DNA of 56,546 bases from Candidatus Micrarchaeota archaeon. Its GTDB lineage: Archaea > Micrarchaeota > Micrarchaeia > Micrarchaeales > CABMGC01. The notes under the pieces were generated by a model, which saw only the letters and a program-made list of their open reading frames with translations, had not been told where the DNA came from and made no database searches. Position numbers and translations under genes: made by a program. This document shows positions 44,151-51,999 of this stretch, in pieces (within the stretch, counting starts at the first letter, position 1; each line of letters begins with the position of its first letter). The DNA lies in contig DAHVAM010000001.1 in the NCBI GenBank assembly GCA_027314605.1, forward strand, positions 1 to 56,546, given 5' to 3'.

Positions 44151-44494
44151 GGCTTCACCTGCAGCAGATAGGGCTTCTGCCCTATCAAAACAATCCTGCA
44201 TACGCCACCATCCTGGCATCCGTCAGCAGGACTTCCAAGCGTTGCATCCGCGCCGTAAGCCCCTGAACTGCCGGATATGATGCTTAGCGCTTCCGTGTAG
44301 TTGGCCTGCGCCGAGTAGAGGAGCAGGACAATGGCCTGGGAATCATAGCAGAGGCGCAGGTAGGCATTTTGGTCTTTGCCATATGCTGCAAGGTACGCAT
44401 CCTGTGTTCTGAAATAGCCGAATGCCAGGAGGAGAGCAACAGACAATATCGGAAGGGCGATCATCAGGTCGAGGGATACCATCTGAATGTGCAT
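44147..44494 (-). CDS. type IV pilin-like protein (class III signal peptide)
   Basis: The start is taken at MHIQMVSLDLMIALPILSVALLLAF (cat at 44492-94), 5 nt after the upstream stop. Confidence 0.6.
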   Translation of the reverse strand: MHIQMVSLDLMIALPILSVALLLAFGYFRTQDAYLAAYGKDQNAYLRLCYDSQAIVLLLYSAQANYTEALSIISGSSGAYGADATLGSPADGCQDGGVCRIVLIGQKPYLLQVKP

Positions 44495-44499
44495 AATTA

Positions 44500-44688
44500 T
44501 CACTTTACCATGCTGCATCCGCACAAGCCCTCCATCCTTGCGATAGTCAGGTTCGCATTTTCATAGATCCTATTCATGGAAGGCAATTGCCCACGCATGC
44601 TCGCAGCTGTCATCGAGGCTATGGACAGCGCAATGAGCATGGCGAGGAGCAGGCTCACGAATACCTCGAGACTCATCTGCATCTTCAT
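44500..44688 (-). CDS. short type IV pilin-like protein (class III signal peptide)
   Basis: MKMQMSLEVFVSLLLAMLIALSIASM. It overlaps the upstream gene by 4 nt. Confidence 0.6.
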   Translation of the reverse strand: MKMQMSLEVFVSLLLAMLIALSIASMTAASMRGQLPSMNRIYENANLTIARMEGLCGCSMVK

Positions 44689-45053
44689 CTGCTCACCGCC
44701 ACGCCTCCACGCGCGCCGTAGCTGAGATACAGTCGGGATAGCATGCCGTCGGGGCAGAACGGCGAATTCTCCAATGCGATGCCGCCTGCAATCCCGAACG
44801 ATCCGTACACCGTTTTCATCTCAGTTCCGTCTACAGTCGAATTGCATGCGCCTCCGGGGATGTAGGCCACAAATGTCGAATTTCCGGAGAGCACGTTCTC
44901 GTTCAAAATGTCAACAAACTCCATCATCCTATAGCCAGACGCCGCGCCCCTGACGGAAGGCGATATCTTCGCGATCTCAGACAGCGAAAAGAGAAGCGCC
45001 ATCCCTGCAAGGGCAATGTATAGTTGCATCTCAAAGGATAACTGCGCCTTCAT
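44685..45053 (-). CDS. type IV pilin-like protein (class III signal peptide), first gene of the operon
   Basis: MKAQLSFEMQLYIALAGMALLFSL. An AT-rich promoter region spans 45100-45260. Confidence 0.7.
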   Translation of the reverse strand: MKAQLSFEMQLYIALAGMALLFSLSEIAKISPSVRGAASGYRMMEFVDILNENVLSGNSTFVAYIPGGACNSTVDGTEMKTVYGSFGIAGGIALENSPFCPDGMLSRLYLSYGARGGVAVSR

Positions 45054-45585
45054 GACATCAATTCAATGATAGGAGGCAGCTGTGCTGCCTCCCTTTCTGG
45101 GTGTGTCAAGCAACGCTCGACGCCATTATATTGCAGCTACATATTTATAAATCTATTACTTTAGTATCCAACTAAGTAGAAATATATAAATAATTATACT
45201 TGAGTATAAGATTGCAGAAAAAGCGTAGCCAAACGCTATAGAAGATGGCAAGGCAGAACTGCCTCTCTTTTTGGGTGATAGGATGGACAGGAAAACAGGC
45301 AATGGTGAGCAAAGGAAATGGAGAAAAGACCGGAGAAATCTGTGCAAGGAGCTGAATGAGCTGGCATGGATCAGCAGGGAGTACTGGGAAGGTTTCAGGA
45401 TAGACAGGCAGTACGAAACCCGGGTCTATATCGACAAGGACGGTATAAGGCTCTTCCAGAGCTCCACAATCGAGGCGGACTCTCCGGCCGCCTCGGGCTC
45501 ACCGCCTGTCCATCCGTTGACGCGGATCAATGGTTATGGGCCGCTTAAACAGATGCAAAAGCGCTTCATCCTCGGATGGCGGCGA

Positions 45586-46203
45586 TCAACTCCTTGAAAG
45601 CATCAGCGCGACAATGTCCTCGAAGAAGATGTGCGCCTTCTTTTCCTTGACTATGGAAAATCCCATGGCACCTATGCTGCGCTTAAGCCTTTCCAAGTTG
45701 CCCAGGGAGCTTGCATTAAGGATTATCTTCCCGTCTTTATCGAGGTGGGGGATTGCTTCTTCCAAAAACCTCACCGATAGCTCTATCCCTTCCTCTCCGC
45801 CGCTCCATGGATTATGCTCCTTCTCCTCCCCTTCCTTCTCGTTCCTCAGGTAGGGGGCATTGAAGATTATGAGGCCGAAAAGCTCTCCTCTCGGAATTTC
45901 GCCCAAGAGGTCGCTTTCGACGAATCTGGGCATGGCCTTTATCTTGCTCCTGTTTGCCTCGACATTCTTCTTTGCCAGCGCAAGTGCCTTCTCGTTTATA
46001 TCGAGGAATGTCACTCTTCCCGCGTTTTCAGAGATCGATGCGACAATTCCGAGTATTCCGGAGCCTGTCCCGACATCGAGCACGTCTATTTTCGCCTCCA
46101 GCGCTTCAAGGTGCTCGGAAACAAGGCCTGCCGAAAGCCGGGAGTCGTCAGAGGGCGCGTAGACTGCGGGATCGTAGTAAATCTCGAGGCCATCATAGTC
46201 CAT
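45586..46203 (-). CDS. class I SAM-dependent methyltransferase, HemK/Mtq2-like (N5-glutamine / N6-adenine type NPPY variant)
   Basis: VLDVGTGSGILGIVAS (motif I) and LIIFNAPYL (motif IV, NPPY-like). At about 205 aa it matches archaeal Mtq2-like proteins. Confidence 0.8.
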   Translation of the reverse strand: MDYDGLEIYYDPAVYAPSDDSRLSAGLVSEHLEALEAKIDVLDVGTGSGILGIVASISENAGRVTFLDINEKALALAKKNVEANRSKIKAMPRFVESDLLGEIPRGELFGLIIFNAPYLRNEKEGEEKEHNPWSGGEEGIELSVRFLEEAIPHLDKDGKIILNASSLGNLERLKRSIGAMGFSIVKEKKAHIFFEDIVALMLSRS

Positions 46204-46307
46204 CGAATCAGTTGTCCTTAGGGGCTCATGATATTTAAACAGGGCATCTGCCGGCGCATCGGGGAGCCTGTCCGAAGGTCTTGAGAGGGACTACCTAACT
46301 TCTTTTA

Positions 46308-46898
46308 TTGCTTGCCTGGCTAATCTTACTTGGTAGTATATTGGACGAGACGCCCGCCTGGATGATAGCGGAGGACATAATGTCTGGCATACAGTCGGAG
46401 CTCATGCAGGAGGCCCTCGACCTTCTTAGGCAGGAGATCGACTCCGGCAGGATCAAGGTAGACGGCAGTTTCGCAGCCTCATCGGAGCTCACCGGAGAAA
46501 CCGAAAGGGACCTTTTCCTGATGGACAAGCTCCTCGCCGACGAGGCGAACCTGCGCCTGAGATACGAGAACCTTGTGAAGGCCGTGGAGGACGGCAGCGA
46601 GAAAAACCCCGAGATAGTCGCAAGGCTGGAAGAGGTAAAGAAATTCCTGCTCGTCGTCTCACAGATATCCATGACTGTTGGCTATGCAAAAATCTTCGGG
46701 GCATGGATATCCGATGCCGGAAGCCACATGAAAGAAAGCGACCCTGTGGCGATAATCTGCTCTACCGCGCTCCCTGATCCCAGAAGAAAGGAGGCGCTTG
46801 AGTTCATCCTTTCCAATAAGGCCTTCCTGGAGAGCGCGCCGTTGGATCACGAGAGGATGGAGATATTAAAAAGCGCGTACAAGCGCCTTGGGGGCTGA
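46308..46898 (+). CDS. hypothetical helical protein
   Basis: 196-aa ORF (alternative start at MSGIQSELM). It ends 4 nt before the nfo GTG. No motif is recognised. Confidence 0.55.
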   Translation: MLAWLILLGSILDETPAWMIAEDIMSGIQSELMQEALDLLRQEIDSGRIKVDGSFAASSELTGETERDLFLMDKLLADEANLRLRYENLVKAVEDGSEKNPEIVARLEEVKKFLLVVSQISMTVGYAKIFGAWISDAGSHMKESDPVAIICSTALPDPRRKEALEFILSNKAFLESAPLDHERMEILKSAYKRLGG

Positions 46899-46902
46899 CC
46901 GA

Positions 46903-47715
46903 GTGCTGCGGATCGGTTACCACGTATCTGTTGCGAAAAGCATAGACCTGGCCTTCGACAGGGCGAAGGAGATGGGATGCACGGCCATGCAGCTCTTCGT
47001 CAGCAATCCCAGGGGATGGGAGGTGAAGGGGATACCCGAGCAGGATGCCGTTGCATTTGTCTCGAAATACAGGGAATCTGATATAGATCCCGTGGTTGCG
47101 CACATGCCATACCTTCCAAACCTGGCCTCGGCCGCGGAGCTGACGTACGGGAAATCGATGGATAGCCTGCGCAGGACAGCGGAGAGCTGCTCCGAGCTGG
47201 GCATAAAATACCTTGTCACGCACCTGGGAAGCCATCTGGGGAAAGGCAGGGAGATCGGCGTAAAGAATGTCGCAGAGGCGATTAACCAGGCAGGGCTGAG
47301 CAAGGTCAAGCTCCTCCTAGAGAATACTGCGGGGCATTCCAATGCGATTGGGTCAAGGCTCGACGAGCTTGCAGAGATATACGACAAGACCTCGGGGACT
47401 GTGGGCTTCTGCCTGGACACATGCCACCTCTACGCAGCGGGCTACGATGTGGCAAAGGGGGAGGTGATCGACGAGATAGACGAGGGAATAGGCTTCAAGA
47501 ACGTGCACCTCTTCCATCTCAATGACTCGAAGTTCGGGCTCGGCTCCCACAAGGACAGGCACGAGAACATAGGCAAGGGCTTCATAGGCGAGGACGGGTT
47601 CCGGAAGTTCCTGAACTTCGGCAAGGTAAGGGGGAAGCCGCTCATAATGGAGACGCCGGATCCGGATCCCATCGCAGAGATCGCCCTCGTGAGAAGGCTT
47701 GCAGGGAACGAATAG
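46903..47715 (+). CDS. nfo: endonuclease IV (AP endonuclease, Nfo family)
   Basis: LRIGYHVSVAKSIDLAFDRAKEMGCTAMQLFVSNPRGW, HMPYLPNLAS, THLGSH, LENTAG, CLDTCHLYAAGYD, HLNDSK and METP. GTG start at 46903. Confidence 0.92.
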   Translation: MLRIGYHVSVAKSIDLAFDRAKEMGCTAMQLFVSNPRGWEVKGIPEQDAVAFVSKYRESDIDPVVAHMPYLPNLASAAELTYGKSMDSLRRTAESCSELGIKYLVTHLGSHLGKGREIGVKNVAEAINQAGLSKVKLLLENTAGHSNAIGSRLDELAEIYDKTSGTVGFCLDTCHLYAAGYDVAKGEVIDEIDEGIGFKNVHLFHLNDSKFGLGSHKDRHENIGKGFIGEDGFRKFLNFGKVRGKPLIMETPDPDPIAEIALVRRLAGNE

Positions 47716-47726
47716 CAATATAGATA

Positions 47727-48161
47727 TTGCACGGCCATCTCATTTTGATGCACATGGACATGCCTGGGGTCGGGGTTTCATGCATTATAATCAAGGGCAA
47801 GGACGTCCTCATAGGCAGGAGGAAGGGGGCCCACGGCGCAGGGACCTGGGCTTTTCCCGGAGGCCACCTGGAGATGTATGAGACGCCTGAGGAAACCGCA
47901 ATAAGGGAGGTGCTGGAGGAGACGGGGCTGATAGTGAGAGATCCGAAGTTTGGGGCTCTGACAAACGACATCTTCAGGGATGACAAGAGGCACTACATAA
48001 CGCTGCACTACGTGTGCAGATACGCGTCAGGCGATCCCAAGACAATGGAACCAGACAAATGTTCGGGATGGGTATGGGCAGAATGGAATGACCTGCCTCG
48101 CCCTCTCTTTCCCTCTGTCTCCAAGCTTCTCGATATGAAATTCGACCCGTTCAGGGTCTAG
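47727..48161 (+). CDS. NUDIX hydrolase (MutT-like)
   Basis: Nudix box GGHLEMYETPEETAIREVLEETGL (Gx5Ex7REUxEExGU). Confidence 0.88.
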   Translation: MHGHLILMHMDMPGVGVSCIIIKGKDVLIGRRKGAHGAGTWAFPGGHLEMYETPEETAIREVLEETGLIVRDPKFGALTNDIFRDDKRHYITLHYVCRYASGDPKTMEPDKCSGWVWAEWNDLPRPLFPSVSKLLDMKFDPFRV

Positions 48162-48167
48162 ATTCAG

Positions 48168-49781
48168 GTGCTTATCATGATATTCAAAAACAATAGCGTT
48201 AGCGTGAGGATTGTAAAAAGGCTGGGAGTCAGCAGGTTTTATCTGGGCGATTTTGCCGTTTGGCGCTGGAAAAGGCTGCTCCTTCCAAGAAGATACGAGT
48301 TCGGGAAAGGTATGAATCCGCACATGGCCATAGTCGGCGAGAGCGGAGGCGGCAAGTCAAATTCGTGCAGGCTGCTGCTGAAGGAACTCTCGGCGAAGGG
48401 CTTCAACCTGATAGTGCTGGATCCCAACGGGGACTACATTGGAATAGCAGACTCGGTGAATGCAGAAGTCTATGACGCGGCAAGATGCGGCATGAACATC
48501 TTCGAGCTCGACAACATGGGCGAGGCCGAGAGGATAAGCGAGATAATGGCGATTTTTACGAAGAGGCTGAGGCTGGGGCATGTGCAGTCCTCCCTGCTGA
48601 AGAGGTGCATCAGCTACAGCTACTGGATAAACAAGGCAAAGGAAAGGGTTCCCACCATAAGGGATCTTCTTTTCACTATAAAGAGGTTCGAGGCGAGGGC
48701 CACAGGCGGAGAGCTCAGGACCCTCTCGGTGCTGCATGAGCGCGTCTCGCTCCTCAACACAAGCCCGTTTTCAAGGAGCATCGACCTGAAGAAGGTGATG
48801 AACGGCAGGAGCATCTTCCTGCTTTCAAGCCTTCACACCCATGAGGCGCAGGCCGTCTACATGGAGAGCCTGCTTAGGAAGATATACTCGATGATGCTCG
48901 GCGAGGGCTACCAGAGGAGGCCCACATATGTCGTTATAGACGAAGCAAGGAAGATAAGCGAGAGCAGCGTGCTCGGGAGGCTGGTTGCAGAAGGCAGGAA
49001 GTACGGAATAGGTGTCATAACAATATCGCAGCGGTCAAGCGAGATAGACAGCGCAGTGCTGGGCAATTCGTCTGTGGTAGTCTCGTTCTACCAGCGCGAG
49101 CCGTCAGAGCTGAACTACATCTCCAACTATATTTCGGGAGGGACGGAGTCAAACAGGCTTTCGGAGATAAGGAGGGCGATAAGGAACCTGGGAGTGGGCG
49201 AGGCGATCATACTCGACCACAGGCTGAGGGAGCCAATCATAGGCAGGTTCGGTCTCGTGCCTACTGCGCGTGTCTGCCTCAAGCATTTCATAGAGAGCTC
49301 TGCGATGAACGGCATCGAAAAGGAGGCATTGATGGAAAGCCTGGCGAAGGTCTGCGGCGACAGCAAGCGGATCGACAGGTCGGTGCTCGAGCTGAAGGCA
49401 GAGAAGATCCTTCACGAATACGACAGATGGTACATCTCCAATCCGCGCAACAGCGCCGAGCACGACATCTACGTAAATCTCCTCTCGAAGAAACTGAAAA
49501 AGGACGGCGTCTCCAACGACATCTACAACTCGGCGTACGGGCCCGACATAATAGCCTACCGGAAAGGAAGGCGGATTGCAGTAGAATACGAGACCGGGAA
49601 GAAGAATCTGGAAGACGTAAGGCACATGCTTGACTACCGCAAGAAAGGCTATGGCTCAGTGGTGGTGGTTGTCAACGACCTGCACTATGCGCCGTATTCC
49701 AAGCTCGAGGGAGTCATTGTAACAAAGGCCTCGGAGTTCCTAGCCTCGCCAGGATCTTCCGCGTACGTTGGCGAGCCTTAG
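48168..49781 (+). CDS. HerA/FtsK-clade (DUF87-like) P-loop ATPase fused to a C-terminal PD-(D/E)xK-like domain
   Basis: Walker A GESGGGKS (res 57-64), Walker B TYVVIDEARK and GIGVITISQRS. The C-terminal roughly 100 aa contain SAEHDIYVNLL...GPDIIAYRKGRRIAVEYETGKK...GSVVVVVND. It starts 6 nt after the NUDIX stop. Confidence 0.8.
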   Translation: MLIMIFKNNSVSVRIVKRLGVSRFYLGDFAVWRWKRLLLPRRYEFGKGMNPHMAIVGESGGGKSNSCRLLLKELSAKGFNLIVLDPNGDYIGIADSVNAEVYDAARCGMNIFELDNMGEAERISEIMAIFTKRLRLGHVQSSLLKRCISYSYWINKAKERVPTIRDLLFTIKRFEARATGGELRTLSVLHERVSLLNTSPFSRSIDLKKVMNGRSIFLLSSLHTHEAQAVYMESLLRKIYSMMLGEGYQRRPTYVVIDEARKISESSVLGRLVAEGRKYGIGVITISQRSSEIDSAVLGNSSVVVSFYQREPSELNYISNYISGGTESNRLSEIRRAIRNLGVGEAIILDHRLREPIIGRFGLVPTARVCLKHFIESSAMNGIEKEALMESLAKVCGDSKRIDRSVLELKAEKILHEYDRWYISNPRNSAEHDIYVNLLSKKLKKDGVSNDIYNSAYGPDIIAYRKGRRIAVEYETGKKNLEDVRHMLDYRKKGYGSVVVVVNDLHYAPYSKLEGVIVTKASEFLASPGSSAYVGEP

Positions 49782-50217
49782 CTCATTCACCCTCCTCATG
49801 CCGCTGTCGTAGACGAATCCATGGTCAAAGCCCAATCCGGAGATGGCGTACGGCAGCCAGTACCCGTCGTCATCCCACATCTTCTGGCAAGGGATGCCCG
49901 CAATGGGAAACCATTTCAGCCTGCCTTCCCCTGTCTGCCTCGCCTTTCCCGAAAATCTTCTTAACAAAAAGAGATGGCCATCTCAAAACTATTCTTCCTG
50001 CTGCCCCTGAAGAAGCGGATCATTCCTATTTTATTCACTTCCTTTACTGTCAATCCAGACTCCTCGCATGCCTCGCGTGCAACGTTCTCTTCCAGAGTCC
50101 CTCCTTATCGATCTTTCAGCCGAGGCCGTTCCATTTGCCCCTGCCCACTCCCCTGGCAGCTAGCTTGAGGAGAATCCTTCCCTTCTTCACGATTGCACAG
50201 AGAGCCTATTCCGCCAT
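49740..50217 (-). pseudogene. decayed MTH1/NUDT1-like NUDIX hydrolase gene (at least 2 in-frame stops and 2 frame changes)
   Basis: Hand translation of the minus strand gives three pieces. Piece 1: MAE*ALCAIVKKGRILLKLAARGVGRGKWNGLG*KIDKEG. Piece 2 (shift): TLEENVAREACEESGLTVKEVNKIGMIRFFRGSRKNSFEMAISFC*. Piece 3 (shift): FSGKARQTGEGRLKWFPIAGIPCQKMWDDDGYWLPYAISGLGFDHGFVYDSGMRRVNEL. They are colinear with remembered human MTH1 (...[31 protein letters not shown]...VHVFC...IPFKDMWPDDSYWFPLLL...FHGYFKF). Confidence 0.75.
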
Positions 50218-50253
50218 CCTGACAACTTTATATTTTTTTACAACGCATACGCT

Positions 50254-51189
50254 ATGATGGATTTCGTAGATCTAGGAAAGACGGGGGAGAAGCTGCCTGC
50301 GCTCGGCATGGGTACCTGGAAGCTTGACCGCCGGAGAGGGGCTGAGGCGCTGAAGGCCGGCCTGTCTCTCGGTTCCAGGTTCATAGACACGGCTGAGATG
50401 TACGGAACCGAAGACCTCGTCGGAGAGGCGATAAGGGGAGAGGAGGGCGTCTTTGTGGCCACAAAGGTTTCGCCACACAACCTGCGCCACGATGATGTCT
50501 TAAAGGCCTGCAGCCGCAGCCTGAAGCTGCTCGGAGTGAAGGCGATAGACCTGTACCAGGTGCATTGGCCAAATCCCTCAATACCCATATCCGAGACCAT
50601 GTCTGCGATGGAGGAGCTTGTCGCCGAGGGAAAAGTCCGATACATAGGGGTGAGCAATTTCTCAGCCGGCGAGCTGAAGGCGGCGCAGGAGGCTCTGAAA
50701 AGGGAGGAGATAGTTTCCAATCAGGTTGAATACAGCGTTACGGCGAGGGATCCGGAGAATAACGGGCTGGCGGATTACTGCAGGTCCTCGAAAGTGACAA
50801 TCATAGCCTACAGCCCCTTCGGCAGCGGAGGGCTGTATTCTCGGAAGAGGGTATTTGACGGGCTGGAGAAGATAGGCGCGAGGCACGGGAAGACTGGAAG
50901 CCAGGTTGCGCTGAACTGGCTTTTATCGAAAGGAAATGTGTCTGCCATTCCCAAGGCGAATAGCGTGGAGCACATCCGTGAGAACCTCGGGTCGGTAGGC
51001 TGGAAGCTTGACAGGAAGGACATAGAAGCTATAGATTCTTTTTTAGGCAGGAGCCCGCTGGTGGGCGGGCTTAACAGCTTCATTCTGAAAAGGTCATCCG
51101 GGCTATGGTCAAGGCATCTGACCAACAAATACCTGAAAGAGAAAGGCGTCGTCATCGGGAAGGGGAAGGGAATTGAAAAAGACTTATAA
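50254..51189 (+). CDS. aldo/keto reductase
   Basis: LPALGMGTWKL, FIDTAEMYGTE, IDLYQVHWP, YIGVSNF, NQVEYS and IAYSPFGSG. TTTATATTTTTT lies about 20 nt upstream. Confidence 0.92.
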   Translation: MMDFVDLGKTGEKLPALGMGTWKLDRRRGAEALKAGLSLGSRFIDTAEMYGTEDLVGEAIRGEEGVFVATKVSPHNLRHDDVLKACSRSLKLLGVKAIDLYQVHWPNPSIPISETMSAMEELVAEGKVRYIGVSNFSAGELKAAQEALKREEIVSNQVEYSVTARDPENNGLADYCRSSKVTIIAYSPFGSGGLYSRKRVFDGLEKIGARHGKTGSQVALNWLLSKGNVSAIPKANSVEHIRENLGSVGWKLDRKDIEAIDSFLGRSPLVGGLNSFILKRSSGLWSRHLTNKYLKEKGVVIGKGKGIEKDL

Positions 51190-51222
51190 GTGTTCTGTTT
51201 CTATTAGTAACGGGAAAGTCAC

Positions 51223-51981
51223 ATGGCGCTCTCTCTAAGAATTTTCATTTACGCTACGCTGATATTACTGGTATTTGCCGGAGGCATAACCGGCACGTAC
51301 GTCATCGGCCATTACGAGAATGGCTTCAACGTGCCCATAAACTCGTTCCTTGAGGCCGCTTACTTCACCACCATAACCATCTCGACTGTAGGCTACGGCG
51401 ACATCGTGCCTGTGACGAACACCGCCAGACTCTTCGACATAGTCCTCGTAATAACGGGGATAGGTGTGTTTCTAGGAGCTCTCTCCTTCGTTACGAGCGA
51501 GCTGGTAAACGCGAGGGTCGCGACTGTTGCAGGGAGGCTCAACCCCTTTGAGAGAAGGCTGATGAAACACCACGTGATACTCGTCGGCGTTGACTCTGTC
51601 AACATACGCCTATCGGAGAAGCTCAAGGAGAAGAATGAGAGGTTCATAATACTGAGCTCTGACAAGGACGAGGTCGACCAGCTGCGTGACGAGAAGGGAT
51701 ACAGGGCATTCCTCGTCGACGAGACCGACGAGAAGGCGATGTCGAACTTCAGGTTCGAGAACGCCAAGTCAATAGTCATAGACATGAGGGACAAGTCGAG
51801 AATGGTATATGCCATACTCATCATAAGGAACCTGGCGGAGAAGTCAAGGATAGTCGCCATAGCGCACAGCAGGGAGGAGGAGATGCGCATCAGGAGCCTC
51901 GGCGCAGGCATAGGCGTTGTCAGCCCAGCAGAGATGGTCTCAAACATCATAACGCAGAAGATAGACGAGCTCGAATCCTAA
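51223..51981 (+). CDS. two-TM potassium channel with a C-terminal RCK/TrkA-N domain
   Basis: Selectivity filter TISTVGYGDIVP and the Rossmann start HHVILVGVDSVN. Confidence 0.88.
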   Translation: MALSLRIFIYATLILLVFAGGITGTYVIGHYENGFNVPINSFLEAAYFTTITISTVGYGDIVPVTNTARLFDIVLVITGIGVFLGALSFVTSELVNARVATVAGRLNPFERRLMKHHVILVGVDSVNIRLSEKLKEKNERFIILSSDKDEVDQLRDEKGYRAFLVDETDEKAMSNFRFENAKSIVIDMRDKSRMVYAILIIRNLAEKSRIVAIAHSREEEMRIRSLGAGIGVVSPAEMVSNIITQKIDELES

Positions 51982-51999
51982 GAAAATCAAGATGTCGGA

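Noticed and set aside
45271-45597. 108-aa ORF (RKTGNGEQRKWRKDRRNL...) between the pilin operon promoter and the methyltransferase gene
   Set aside because: It is left unresolved rather than annotated. It has a non-ATG track start, no motif, and overlaps the methyltransferase 3' end by 12 nt. It could be a real small basic protein, but the sequence alone gives no positive evidence.
49974-50168. 64-aa plus-strand ORF
   Set aside because: It is antisense to the MTH1-like pseudogene remnant. The minus strand carries the recognisable Nudix box.
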